A DNA stretch of 64,000 bases from Bacteroidota bacterium (GCA_026391455.1 JAPLEH010000041.1:39728-103727), one strand, 5' to 3'. Shown: positions 47,523 through 57,279, counted from the first letter of the stretch. Made by a program: numbers and translations. The notes: generated by a model from the letters alone, not told the origin.

Positions 47523-47656
47523 TCAGCCCCGCCAGAAAGCGGGCAGCCCTGTATTTTTTGCAGTATGATCCGGCCATCCGGCGCGGGTAGCTGCAAAAGC
47601 AGGCAAAGGTAAAATATTCAGCCCGGATTCAGGCTGAAAGGGTTAAGGCTTGCTGA

Positions 47657-48628
47657 ATGAAAAAGATCAAATATTATTATAACACCAATACGCTCCGCTA
47701 CGAAAAGCTGGAGACACCACTGCGGGTAAAACTGTTGCGGGTATTTGGTTTTATAGCGGCAGCATTGGTTACCGCCGGCATCATCTCCTACCTGGCATTC
47801 CAGTTCATCGGCTCTCCCAAAGAAAAAATACTGGAACAGCAGAACAAGGCCCTGCGGGATAACTACAATGACCTCGAAGATGAATTGAAATCGGTGCAGC
47901 AGCAAATGATAGAGCTGGAAAAGCGGGATAATGATGTATACCGCGCCATTTTTGAGGCCAATCCCATACCAGATAGTGCCAGGGCCAAAGAGTTGGAGAC
48001 AAAACAGGAAATTGCCAAAGTGGAAAAGATCAAGGATTACCAGTTGGTGGCTTCCATTACCAGCACACTCAACAATATCAACAGCCGGATCGCGGCCCAG
48101 CAAAAATCCTATGAAGAAGTGGAGGAACTGGTAAAAAATAAAGAGCAATTACTCGCCCATACACCTGCCATTCAGCCGGTGAGTAATAAAGACCTGAACC
48201 GGATCGCCTCGGGTTTTGGTTACCGGATCGACCCGGTGTATAAAACCACGAAGTTTCATGCGGGGCTTGATTTTTCCGCACCTCAGGGCACTCCTATTTA
48301 TGCCACGGCCAATGGCAATGTAACCGTAGCGGGCAGTACGGGCAACGGGTATGGCAATCATGTGGTGATCAACCATGGGTATGGGTACGAAACACTCTAT
48401 GGCCATATGGTACGGGTAAAAGTGAGAAGCGGGCAAGATGTAAAAAGGGGCGAAGTAATTGGCTGGGTGGGCAGTACCGGTAAAAGTACCGGTCCGCATT
48501 GTCACTATGAAGTGCATAAAAACGGGGAAAAAATTGACCCGATCTATTTCTTCTATAATGACCTTACCCCCGAACAGTTTGACCAGTTGCTGAAGAAAGC
48601 GGCCGCCAGTAATCAGAGTTTTGATTAA
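47657..48628 (+). CDS. M23 family metallopeptidase (membrane-anchored, coiled-coil linker)
   Basis: N-terminal TM segment, coiled coil, then HAGLDFSAP, NHGYGYETLYGH and GSTGKSTGPHCHYEV (LytM-type zinc ligands). Confidence 0.9.
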   Translation: MKKIKYYYNTNTLRYEKLETPLRVKLLRVFGFIAAALVTAGIISYLAFQFIGSPKEKILEQQNKALRDNYNDLEDELKSVQQQMIELEKRDNDVYRAIFEANPIPDSARAKELETKQEIAKVEKIKDYQLVASITSTLNNINSRIAAQQKSYEEVEELVKNKEQLLAHTPAIQPVSNKDLNRIASGFGYRIDPVYKTTKFHAGLDFSAPQGTPIYATANGNVTVAGSTGNGYGNHVVINHGYGYETLYGHMVRVKVRSGQDVKRGEVIGWVGSTGKSTGPHCHYEVHKNGEKIDPIYFFYNDLTPEQFDQLLKKAAASNQSFD

Positions 48629-48743
48629 TGCCTTTGTTTGTTTTCATGGATGCTCCCTGATATTGTCATTTCGTCCTGTTACCATGAATACCCTAAATTT
48701 TCCACAACTGTATCACTGCACGCTATTTTGCTGAAAGTGGGCC

Positions 48744-48751
48744 TACCTTTG
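48744..48751 (+). promoter_or_regulatory. Candidate -7 box TACCTTTG immediately upstream of the MerR-like gene
   Basis: Matches TAnnTTTG only 6 nt before the ATG. This implies a near-leaderless mRNA or a downstream start. Confidence 0.3.
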
Positions 48752-48757
48752 TTTTGA

Positions 48758-49351
48758 ATGACTAAGCCTTTATCTCAGATAGCATTTGACTTCTCTTTAC
48801 CGCCTGAGCCGGTACAGCCGGAAGTAAATTTGCCGGAGCCTGAGCCCGTACAAATGGTAACAGCAGCAGAACCGGAGGCAGAAACCACGATCAAACGGAG
48901 CAGTAAAGCCGAAAAAAAGCTAACCACTGTCAGTCACGGCACCTCCAAACGGGGACGCCGCTCATTAAAAGACAATGCAGCGTCAGCGGAATTGGTTCAG
49001 GTTCCGGAGGATGAGATCCTTTTCAAAAAACAATATTATTCCATTGGTGAAGTGGCACAGATGTTTCGTGAAAATCAGTCGCTGATACGTTTTTGGGAAA
49101 CAGAATTTGATATTCTGCAACCCCGGAAAAACCGCAAGGGAGATCGCTTCTTCCGCCCGGTAGATATAAAAAATCTGGTATTGATACATGATCTCCTTCG
49201 CCGTCGCAAGTTCACCATTGAAGGAGCCCGCGAATACCTCCGTAAAAACAATGCGCAAAACCCTACCAGCAAAGCAGAAGAAAAATTTGAAATGATCCGG
49301 TCTTTAAAGAAAATCCGAAGTTTCCTGCTGGAGTTAAAAGCGAGTTTGTAA
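48758..49351 (+). CDS. MerR-family HTH protein with a disordered N-terminal extension
   Basis: YYSIGEVAQMFRENQSLIRFWETEFDILQPRKNRKGDRFFRPVDI is a MerR-type winged HTH. The N-terminus is Pro/Glu-rich. Confidence 0.8.
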   Translation: MTKPLSQIAFDFSLPPEPVQPEVNLPEPEPVQMVTAAEPEAETTIKRSSKAEKKLTTVSHGTSKRGRRSLKDNAASAELVQVPEDEILFKKQYYSIGEVAQMFRENQSLIRFWETEFDILQPRKNRKGDRFFRPVDIKNLVLIHDLLRRRKFTIEGAREYLRKNNAQNPTSKAEEKFEMIRSLKKIRSFLLELKASL

Positions 49352-49359
49352 ACGGTATG

Positions 49360-49387
49360 CAGTTAGCAGTTTACAATTTGCAGTCAT
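49360..49387 (+). repeat. Heptamer array CAGTTNN x4
   Basis: The units are cagttag cagttta caatttg cagtcat, starting 9 bp after the MerR-like stop. They are the reverse complement of the array at 49586-49662. Confidence 0.7.
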
Positions 49388-49457
49388 TATTGTCCGGGGA
49401 AAGTTTTTGCAAAACCCTGAAACATTGCCCCGGAGCAGGTTCTAGCCCCTCTCCTTT

Positions 49458-49477
49458 GGGGAGGGGTTGGGGAGGGG
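49458..49477 (+). other. Canonical G-quadruplex motif GGGGAGGGGTTGGGGAGGGG
   Basis: Four G4 runs are separated by loops of 1, 2 and 1 nt. An upstream CCCCTC (49446-49451) can alternatively pair with either GAGGGG copy. Confidence 0.8.
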
Positions 49478-49585
49478 TCTGAATTGATTTTCAAACTAAT
49501 AAATAGTTTTACCGGACAACAATAATTTGCAGTTGGCAGTTGGTTGCAGAAAAAGTAAGAACCCCTATTGGTGCAATTGTAGCTG

Positions 49586-49662
49586 CGAACTGGTAACTGC
49601 CAACTGTTAACCGCCAACTGAATACTGCCAACTGAATACTGCCAACTGTCAACCGCCAACTG
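49586..49662 (+). repeat. Heptamer array NNAACTG x11 (CCAACTG recurring every 14 bp, 5 copies)
   Basis: The units are cgaactg gtaactg ccaactg ttaaccg ccaactg aatactg ccaactg aatactg ccaactg tcaaccg ccaactg. Inverted copies CAGTTGG CAGTTGG lie at 49530-49543. Confidence 0.85.
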
Positions 49663-49710
49663 TTTTTGCAACTTTAACACCACTTGTTTCATCATGTAAA
49701 CACACCCTTT

Positions 49711-49718
49711 TACATTTG
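49711..49718 (+). promoter_or_regulatory. Candidate -7 box TACATTTG for the thioredoxin-like gene
   Basis: Matches TAnnTTTG, 20 nt upstream of the ATG at 49738. Confidence 0.4.
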
Positions 49719-49737
49719 CCATCTATTTAATCTGATT

Positions 49738-50262
49738 ATGAAGAAAATTGCCTTTTTAGCTTTTATTGCCCTGTTGTTGAACACCACCCTGTCTGCACAG
49801 CAGTCCTACCAGGTTTTTTCTGAAAGACCGAATGAAAAAACCTACAAAGGAATCATTTCCCGGGATGTGATTACCGGTGATACTTCTTTCGCTACCTGGT
49901 ATATCCCCAACCAGAAAGCCTATACCCCTAATGCTGCGGCCAAAGAATTGCTGGCAAAAAATAAAGATTCTATTCAGTTGCTGGTATTCATGGGTACCTG
50001 GTGCGAGGATTCGCAATTCATAATCCCGAAACTTTTTTCACTCACAGAAGCAGCCGGTTTTCCCAACGATCATATCACTGTTGTGGGGGTGGACCGGCAA
50101 AAGCATACATTTGGTCATTTGTGTGAGGCTTTGAATGTGACCAATGTACCCACCATCATTGTATTGAAAAAGGGAAAAGAACTGGGCCGTGTGGTTGAAT
50201 ATGGTAAGTCGGGCATGTTTGATAAAGATCTGGCTGAGATTTTACAAGCAGCAGGCTTGTAA
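49738..50262 (+). CDS. Secreted thioredoxin-fold protein with a CxxS (WCEDS) motif
   Basis: Signal MKKIAFLAFIALLLNTTLSA. FMGTWCEDSQ lies where CxxC is expected. VPTIIVLKKGKELGR is thioredoxin-like. Confidence 0.8.
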   Translation: MKKIAFLAFIALLLNTTLSAQQSYQVFSERPNEKTYKGIISRDVITGDTSFATWYIPNQKAYTPNAAAKELLAKNKDSIQLLVFMGTWCEDSQFIIPKLFSLTEAAGFPNDHITVVGVDRQKHTFGHLCEALNVTNVPTIIVLKKGKELGRVVEYGKSGMFDKDLAEILQAAGL

Positions 50263-50545
50263 TTTGTGTTACATCCATTGCTTTCTCAAGCTATCTCAGG
50301 AAATGACTTTTCTATTAAATATCGATTAACCTGCACTGTGATTTTTAGAACGAATTAATGAAAAGGCTTTAGGATTCACAGAAATGTTCATTTGCCGCAT
50401 GATGCCAGCTGCAATATGCTAAGATGCCGCTAATCAATAGATAGATAGTTATTTTTTTAGATATTCCTTATGCTGCTCGCAACTACTGGGAACCAATAGT
50501 ATACTTTATACAAATCGCAGCTGTAAATATAGAATCACGAGAAAG

Positions 50546-51193
50546 TCAAACGATCCGCTCCTTCATCGTTTTATGCACCAGCTCTGTCAAAGAAGCCACA
50601 TGGAGTTTTTCGTAGATCTTTTTAATGTGCGAGCGAACTGTTTCATAACTGATATGCAGCGCATCAGCCACCATTTTATAACTGAGTCCATTCACTACAC
50701 AAGCGAGCACTTCTTTTTCACGGGGCGTAAGCTGATAATTGGTATTCCCGGCAGGGCGCATTTGTTCGGTCACCTGCTGCATCTTCATCATTACTTTCCG
50801 GGCAATGGATGGGCTCATGGGAGAACCACCGAATTGCAATTCTTTGATGGAGTCGATCAATCGTGTATTCAGAAAATTTTTAAGGATATATCCGGATGCA
50901 CCGGCACAAATGGAATCGAAAACCCGGTCATCATCTTCAAACACAGTTTGCATCATAATCAGTACTTCGGGGTATTCCTTTTTTAGGGTTCTTACCGCTT
51001 CTATGCCCGTCATACCCGGCATTTCAATATCCATGAGTACGATATCGGGTCTGCAGGCCTTTATGTCGGCCACACAATCGAGTACATGCGGAAAGGAGCC
51101 CACCACTTCAAACTCTTTTTCTGTTCTCAGCAGTAAACCAATACTATCACGTATATTATTATTGTCGTCGAAAATGGCGATTCTCAGGGGCAT
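50546..51193 (-). CDS. Response regulator, NarL/LuxR family
   Basis: Receiver domain (IAIFDDN..., DIVLMDIEMPGMTG) and a LuxR HTH (LTPREKEVLACVVNGLSYKMVADALHISYETVRSHIKKIYEKL). Confidence 0.9.
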   Translation of the reverse strand: MPLRIAIFDDNNNIRDSIGLLLRTEKEFEVVGSFPHVLDCVADIKACRPDIVLMDIEMPGMTGIEAVRTLKKEYPEVLIMMQTVFEDDDRVFDSICAGASGYILKNFLNTRLIDSIKELQFGGSPMSPSIARKVMMKMQQVTEQMRPAGNTNYQLTPREKEVLACVVNGLSYKMVADALHISYETVRSHIKKIYEKLHVASLTELVHKTMKERIV

Positions 51194-51288
51194 GGGGCAT
51201 TCTTTAAACACCAAAGGTGAGGAATAAATAGCGGTTTACAATCCCCAAAAGTGGTGAGTCGCCGGGGGTACTATAGCATGGAAGTGGG

Positions 51289-54200
51289 TTACCCTAAAGG
51301 CAACCTAAGCCGGATAGTGGTTCCTTTACCCGGCACACTCAGAATGTCAAGCTTTCCATCTAGCTCAGCTGCTCTTTTTTGCATGTTTTGCAGGCCATTG
51401 CCGGACAGGCTCGGTTTATTGCCGCTTATTTCCGTTTCCGGATTAAACCCCAGTCCGTCATCCGTTACCTCCAGGAGCAACTGATGGCGATCAATATTCA
51501 TTACACCCTGTATCTGCGATGCACCGGAATATTTGATTGCATTGTTGACCGCTTCTTTAAATATCAGATAAAAATTCTTGCGCTTGTCCATATTGAGATG
51601 TACATCCGGTATTCCAGGGCCACATTCCAGTACAAAGCGGATATTGCGTGCTGCCGCCAGGGGTTTGGCAAATGATTCCATGCGCTGAATGATCTTTTCC
51701 ATGCTATCATTGCGTGGATTAATGGCCCATACAATATCATTCATCTCCGTGATCATTTCGTTCGACGTATTACTGATCTTTTCCAACAACACATCCAGAT
51801 CGGCCGTTTCATTTTTCTCACCATGTATGCGGGCCACCTGGCTGTAAACAGATATGCTGCTGAGTGTGGATCCCAGGTTATCATGCAGGTCTTGCGCGAT
51901 CTTGTTGCGGATGGCCTGCCGCTTCAGCAGTTCATTTACCCGGTACCGGTATATAGTAAATAATGTCGTGGTGATAAGCAATACAACAAGTATATAAAAC
52001 CAGGTACGTTTCCAAAACGGTGGAACAATCACGATGCGAATATTCACTTCGTTGGTGCTCCAGGAGCCGGGTGTATTGGTGGCGCGAACCCGAAAGGTAT
52101 AGGAGCCAGCACCGAGATTGGCAAAGGTTACATAATTCCGGTCTCCAATATCCACCCATTCTTTGCTCAGCCCCTCCATCATATAAGAATACTGCACCGG
52201 CTCGGTGATCGAATATTCCGGTGCAGAAAATTGTACAGTGAAATAATTCTGCCGGTATTCCAGCTTTATCGTTTGCTGCTGAAGCAGGCTGCTATACGAA
52301 TCATTGAAAATCTTAAAATCCGTCAGGAATATTTCAGGTTGATGCCTGGTGAGTTTAATGGAGTCCGGATGAAAACTGATAAAATAATTTTTACCTGCCA
52401 CATACATTTTTCCTGCCTTATCCTTACTGATATATCCGGATACACCACCGGATTTATCAATATCAGGCAGTGGGAATATAGTTCCCGATCCGGACCGGAT
52501 ATTATAAAACTGCAGATGGCCATTGGCGATCATCCATACATTGCCATCTGCATCGGTGGCAATTCCTTCGAGGAGGTTACTCATGGCCGGTATATGTACT
52601 ATTTTACCGGTTCGTGTGTTCAAATGATTCAGCCCTCCTCCGTAAGTACTGATCCACAGGTTCTGATCCTTATCTTCTGCTATATCATAAATATTATTGT
52701 TACTCAATCCATCCTTTTTAAAAGGATCGTTGGTAAAGAACTGAATGGGCCCCCGCGGATGGCCTGCCCACTTGCCGATTCCTTCCTGGGTAGTGGCCAG
52801 CCAAAGTTCTCCGTTTTGCGTCTTGTAGAGCTTACGTATCAGGTTATCTTTTATATTATAGCGTTGAATGATCTTCTTTACGGTGTCCCTGCGGGAAATC
52901 CATTCTTCCCGCTGCAGGTCGTAGTAAGCAAGATAGTGTCCATAAGGTGAAGCAATAAGCACTGGTCTGCCATCGAGACTGTCTTCCACCAACGATACCA
53001 CCCTCGATTCAATGATCCGGTTCATTACCTGATCTTTCTCCGTATTGGGCAATAGTTGCAGCCGGCCTGTTTTTCTGTCGTATATAAAAAGGGAATAGCT
53101 GGTTCCCAGATAAAATATGCCCCGGCTATCAGTAAAAAATTTCGATACGGTGAGCGGTACCCCATTATAACTGAGCGGACGATGGATGATCTTTCCGGTT
53201 CCTACTTGTTTGATATAAAGCCCGGCACTCGTACCGATCCAGAGATCGCCTGTTTCGTCTTCGAAAAAATCATAAACACGAATACTCTCACCTGCCAATG
53301 ATGGTACCGGCAAAAATGTTTGCAAAAAACGTTGTTGTTCGGGGTGATATACACTGATACCGCGCCCGGTACCCAGCCATGTATTTCCGGATCGGTCGGT
53401 ATAGATACAACGTATGGTGTTGTCTGATAAAGTGCCTTCTTTTGCTACGTTGTATTCATACCGGGAGAAAAGGCCTGTTGCCCTGTCATAGAGCTGCAAC
53501 CCCTTTGTTTTCCCGCCTATCCATATCCGCCCCTGTCCGTCCTCAGCAAAAGATAAAATTTCATCTTCAACAAAGCCAGCGGTACTATTTTCTTCTTTAA
53601 AAAAAAATTCTGATTTTGTCAATGGGTCGAATCGATAAAGAAATTTATCCCATGATCCATACCACATATTATTTTGCCGGTCGCGAAACAAAGCTGTAAC
53701 CACTACATGCGGCAACCGGGCATAGAGATCCTCGTAGCGTTTATCATATTCATAGCGGAGTGTGGCGGGATCAATCTTCAAAATTCCACCGCCCTGCCGG
53801 CCCACCCAAATCGTTCCATTGGCATCAAATGCAAGATCTAGCGCCGTTTTAGGGCCGGATTTCACCGGGCGGTCAAAGCGCTGGGTTTGTTTGTTGAAGC
53901 GGATGACGGAATAACCATTCGAGACCATCCAGAGAAAACCTCTTTTATCATTGAGCAGCTTATTGATCGCATTGGTAGGAATGGAAGTGCTGTCGCGCGG
54001 AATATGTTTGAACTGTTTGAACCGGTCACCCGTTGAATTTTTATAATCATACCGGCTGAGCCCCCCGTCTGCACTGGTGATCCACAATACGCCATTTTCA
54101 TCTTCAATAATGCCGGTGATAATATTCCCTGAAATACTGGTACTGTCGCCGGGTCTGTTGCGGTAGATAGAAAAATAATGGCCGTCGTACCGGTTGAGCC

Positions 54201-54387
54201 CGTCGTTGGTGCCGAACCACAGAAAGCCTCTTTTATCTTGCAAAATACAGTTTACCTGATTGTTCGACAGTCCCTGCTCTGTGGTAATACGGTCAAAATA
54301 AAGAGCCGGCTGTTGGGCTAAACAGTATGAAGTAAGGAGGCATATCAGGATCGTCAGCCGGAAGTGCATGATGAATGAAATTAACAT
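51289..54387 (-). CDS. Sensor histidine kinase with a periplasmic two-component-regulator propeller / Y_Y_Y domain
   Basis: Repeated LWFGTNDGLNRYD / LWIGT..GL propeller motifs, Ig-like YSYMMEG...W, one TM segment, a HisKA_3-type box (IAQDLHDNLGSTLS) and HATPase motifs (EAVNNAIKYS, DDGLGF, GNGLQNMQKRA). Confidence 0.9.
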   Translation of the reverse strand: MLISFIMHFRLTILICLLTSYCLAQQPALYFDRITTEQGLSNNQVNCILQDKRGFLWFGTNDGLNRYDGHYFSIYRNRPGDSTSISGNIITGIIEDENGVLWITSADGGLSRYDYKNSTGDRFKQFKHIPRDSTSIPTNAINKLLNDKRGFLWMVSNGYSVIRFNKQTQRFDRPVKSGPKTALDLAFDANGTIWVGRQGGGILKIDPATLRYEYDKRYEDLYARLPHVVVTALFRDRQNNMWYGSWDKFLYRFDPLTKSEFFFKEENSTAGFVEDEILSFAEDGQGRIWIGGKTKGLQLYDRATGLFSRYEYNVAKEGTLSDNTIRCIYTDRSGNTWLGTGRGISVYHPEQQRFLQTFLPVPSLAGESIRVYDFFEDETGDLWIGTSAGLYIKQVGTGKIIHRPLSYNGVPLTVSKFFTDSRGIFYLGTSYSLFIYDRKTGRLQLLPNTEKDQVMNRIIESRVVSLVEDSLDGRPVLIASPYGHYLAYYDLQREEWISRRDTVKKIIQRYNIKDNLIRKLYKTQNGELWLATTQEGIGKWAGHPRGPIQFFTNDPFKKDGLSNNNIYDIAEDKDQNLWISTYGGGLNHLNTRTGKIVHIPAMSNLLEGIATDADGNVWMIANGHLQFYNIRSGSGTIFPLPDIDKSGGVSGYISKDKAGKMYVAGKNYFISFHPDSIKLTRHQPEIFLTDFKIFNDSYSSLLQQQTIKLEYRQNYFTVQFSAPEYSITEPVQYSYMMEGLSKEWVDIGDRNYVTFANLGAGSYTFRVRATNTPGSWSTNEVNIRIVIVPPFWKRTWFYILVVLLITTTLFTIYRYRVNELLKRQAIRNKIAQDLHDNLGSTLSSISVYSQVARIHGEKNETADLDVLLEKISNTSNEMITEMNDIVWAINPRNDSMEKIIQRMESFAKPLAAARNIRFVLECGPGIPDVHLNMDKRKNFYLIFKEAVNNAIKYSGASQIQGVMNIDRHQLLLEVTDDGLGFNPETEISGNKPSLSGNGLQNMQKRAAELDGKLDILSVPGKGTTIRLRLPLG

Positions 54388-54468
54388 TAATCCCTATATT
54401 GAATGCAGCCGTGTAAAAATAAAATGCCGGCTGCAAGGGAAGGCCGGCACCAGGCTACATTCACTATG

Positions 54469-55263
54469 TTATAGCTTGACGGGTTCGGCGTAAATAAAAT
54501 CATCGAGTGCTACGAGGTCATTGGTTCCGCCCTGGCTGACATCTTTCTCGCCTTGCACCAATTTACCTTCATGTGTAATGACTACCCGCGTAATAACATC
54601 ATTGGGAAAATACACCCCCAAAAAGGAAAACCGGCTGGTACCCGATGAGGCAGGCACATAATATTTGCCCAGTGTTTTTGTTTCATTAAAATATTCAATG
54701 AATACCGAATAGCTGTTGTCTACATCCACAAATACGGCACCAAATCCTTTGGTGGAGGCCCGGGTGGTTTGTCCCGCTACCCTGAATTCCACCGGCCATG
54801 CATTTGCGTTCACCACTGCAAATAATTTATTACCGCTGAAGCTGGGCAATTCTGAAGCCACCAATGGATTTACCTCTGAAAAACCGGTTTTACTTACCAT
54901 GGCATCTGCACCATCAGCATAAAAAAGGCCGCGCTGTCTTCCCTCGGGAGAACCGGCAGCCGTGGGGTTAAAAAAGTCGGGGGCCAGCTTGATACCGGTC
55001 AGATTATCCGGCACCCCATCCCAGTTGATTTCTCTGCGGCCGGTCGTTTGTCCCACTGTGGAATTGAGCGTTCCGAGCTTGCTCCGAAACTCCGTAAGTT
55101 TAGTATTGATATCGCCCGCTGATGTATAGACCTGTACGTTTATTTCTTCGCTGTCTTTAGTACAGGAAGACATGGTCAGGAGTAAAGAAAAGATAGCGAA
55201 AACTGACTGATGCAGTTTAAATGATACAGGTATGTTCACGTTTATGGTTTTATCAGGAAACAA
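54469..55263 (-). CDS. Hypothetical lipoprotein (beta-rich)
   Basis: Lipobox LTMSSC. 264-aa beta-rich protein (INWDGVPD, GFGAVFVDVD, FLGVYF). TTG start, so the exact start is uncertain. I recognise no motif. Confidence 0.6.
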   Translation of the reverse strand: MFPDKTINVNIPVSFKLHQSVFAIFSLLLTMSSCTKDSEEINVQVYTSAGDINTKLTEFRSKLGTLNSTVGQTTGRREINWDGVPDNLTGIKLAPDFFNPTAAGSPEGRQRGLFYADGADAMVSKTGFSEVNPLVASELPSFSGNKLFAVVNANAWPVEFRVAGQTTRASTKGFGAVFVDVDNSYSVFIEYFNETKTLGKYYVPASSGTSRFSFLGVYFPNDVITRVVITHEGKLVQGEKDVSQGGTNDLVALDDFIYAEPVKL

Positions 55264-55332
55264 ATATCGGGAGCAAACCGTACTCCTGCCATCCCCAAAT
55301 CCGGGGATGCCGCAAAGTTGGGCACAGGCAGG

Positions 55333-56424
55333 TCATACTTGTTTGCGAGCGGGCTTTGCGTCGCCGGAAATAGTGGCGAGTTCGAGATGATTATCTTCAA
55401 TCAGTTTTACCACCGCTATATTGATGCGTTGTTTGATCGCATTGAATTCATCCACGGCCACCGGTTGTGTAAAATATTCCGCCGTTATATCGAATGAGTG
55501 CAGGGTAATATCATTCATATATACCGTACTGCTGATCACATGTTCCTGCTGCAGGATTACTTTGATGGATTCAATCATTTGTTCCAGTTGTTTGCTGCTG
55601 GCCGATTGCTCGATCTGCAAACGCAATTCGCCTTTGCGTTGGGTGCGCAGGGAGAGATTATCCAGTATACTATCCACCATCTGTTTGTTGGGTACCGTCA
55701 CAAATGTTTTTTGTTCGGTACGGATCCGGGTGCTGCGGAGCCCGATCTTTTCTACTGTACCGGTGATCTGCTGTACTTTTACCAAATCTCCCATGATAAA
55801 GGGTTTGTCAAAAAAGATAATGAATGAAGCTATCAGGTTTTCGAGGCTTTCCCGAAGAGCCAGCGCTATGGCTGCACCTACTATACTCAATCCAGTTAGC
55901 AACCCGCTGATGTTGAGACCAAAGGCATACCGGAGCACCAGCATGATACCGATGATGACCAGTATGACTTTAAAAAAATCTTTGAAGAAAACGATCAGTT
56001 GGTTATCCGATTGATCGGCAGTAAGATTGGCTCTTTTCTCTAGTATGAGTGCTATAAAGTCGATCAGCCGTATCAGCAATGCAGTAAAGGAAACGATCAA
56101 AATCACATTACCTACCGACTGAACGATTTCCTTTACGGTATACTTATAAATGTCTGCATTCAGCTCCTCCGGAAAATTAAGTTTATATAATGCTACTACC
56201 GATACCAGTACGGCCAGAAAGAAACCGAGTGGCTTTACCACCAGATTAATAAAGGATCTCCGGTCTACATCTTTCCATATCTTATGCACCACACTATAAA
56301 GAAGCCCTGCCAGGAAATGAGAAATAAAGCGCTTCAGCAACCATACAAAAATGATGACACCGGCAATTATAAAGTAACTGCTAATCGGGTTGTCCCAGAA
56401 TATCCGGTTTAGAAAATCATTCAT
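55333..56424 (-). CDS. Mechanosensitive ion channel family protein (MscS-like)
   Basis: Four to five N-terminal TM helices, then the MscS beta-domain signature PFIMGDLVKVQQITGTVEKIGLRSTRIRT. Confidence 0.9.
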   Translation of the reverse strand: MNDFLNRIFWDNPISSYFIIAGVIIFVWLLKRFISHFLAGLLYSVVHKIWKDVDRRSFINLVVKPLGFFLAVLVSVVALYKLNFPEELNADIYKYTVKEIVQSVGNVILIVSFTALLIRLIDFIALILEKRANLTADQSDNQLIVFFKDFFKVILVIIGIMLVLRYAFGLNISGLLTGLSIVGAAIALALRESLENLIASFIIFFDKPFIMGDLVKVQQITGTVEKIGLRSTRIRTEQKTFVTVPNKQMVDSILDNLSLRTQRKGELRLQIEQSASSKQLEQMIESIKVILQQEHVISSTVYMNDITLHSFDITAEYFTQPVAVDEFNAIKQRINIAVVKLIEDNHLELATISGDAKPARKQV

Positions 56425-56466
56425 GCCTCAAAAATATTGAATATTCGGTAGCGGGCGAAAGGAGGA

Positions 56467-57279
56467 TCAGCGTACGGAATAAATTTCGATGGCATTTTCA
56501 CGCAGTGCATACAGGCGGGTGGAGGTAAAATTAAAAGCCCGGGCATCAACCAGGTCGGCAGGCAGCTTCCATTCATCATACATGAACCGGCTGATCTCAT
56601 ACCGGTACAGTGAATCAGCCTTTGAACCATATATATACTTGCCCGTCACTTTCAGGTTCTTCCATTGCTGGATGAGGATATTATTTTTCAGGGTGCCGTA
56701 ATAATCAAATACATACACTCCTTTAGCGGTATCATAGAGGTATACATATTTATCTTCATCATAAATGCGAATAGGAGAAACGATCTGGCCCAGCAATAAC
56801 CGAAAATCGGGTGTTTCCTGTTCAAGTTTCCCTTCTTCATCCAGTTTTTTAAGTTTGTTGTCCAGTTCATCGTAGAGCCATATTTTGTTATCGTACGATT
56901 GGCCGATGGCCTTTACCTGGAAAATATTCTGCTTTCGAAGATCAATGATATTCCGGATATTCAGAAAGCGGTCGAGCATGACGATCGTGGAGAAATCTTT
57001 ATAATACAATAATATCTTTAATGGGTTTGACACATCCACCAGCGTGGCTTTTCCGAATTTGCGTACATCATTGAATGCCGCTACAGAATCTCCCTTACTA
57101 TCCAGTTTTTTTAGCTGATTGCGGCTGTTGAGTATATAAATATTATCAAGATTATCAACGGTAAAGGACGCAATATCGCCCGTAATGGTCCTGATATGCT
57201 GAAACACCGAATCCTTTTCCTGCGTCTTTGCCGAAAGTGTAAGGAAATTGAAGGCCAATATGGTAAAAAGATATTTCAT
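56467..57279 (-). CDS. Hypothetical secreted protein, translationally coupled to lpxH
   Basis: Signal MKYLFTILAFNFLTLSA. Repetitive beta-strand-like blocks (IYILNSRNQLKKLD, IWLYDELDNKLKKLD, VYLYDTAKGVYVFD). The ATG overlaps the lpxH TGA as ATGA at 57276-57279. Confidence 0.7.
   Translation of the reverse strand: MKYLFTILAFNFLTLSAKTQEKDSVFQHIRTITGDIASFTVDNLDNIYILNSRNQLKKLDSKGDSVAAFNDVRKFGKATLVDVSNPLKILLYYKDFSTIVMLDRFLNIRNIIDLRKQNIFQVKAIGQSYDNKIWLYDELDNKLKKLDEEGKLEQETPDFRLLLGQIVSPIRIYDEDKYVYLYDTAKGVYVFDYYGTLKNNILIQQWKNLKVTGKYIYGSKADSLYRYEISRFMYDEWKLPADLVDARAFNFTSTRLYALRENAIEIYSVR

Noticed and set aside
49387-49722. 111-aa minus-strand ORF across the second repeat locus
   Set aside because: It reads through the heptamer arrays and the G-quadruplex/C-rich hairpin (QLAVDSWQYSVGSIQLAVNSWQLPV..., PSPTPPQRRG). 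This is repeat-derived sequence, not credible coding sequence.
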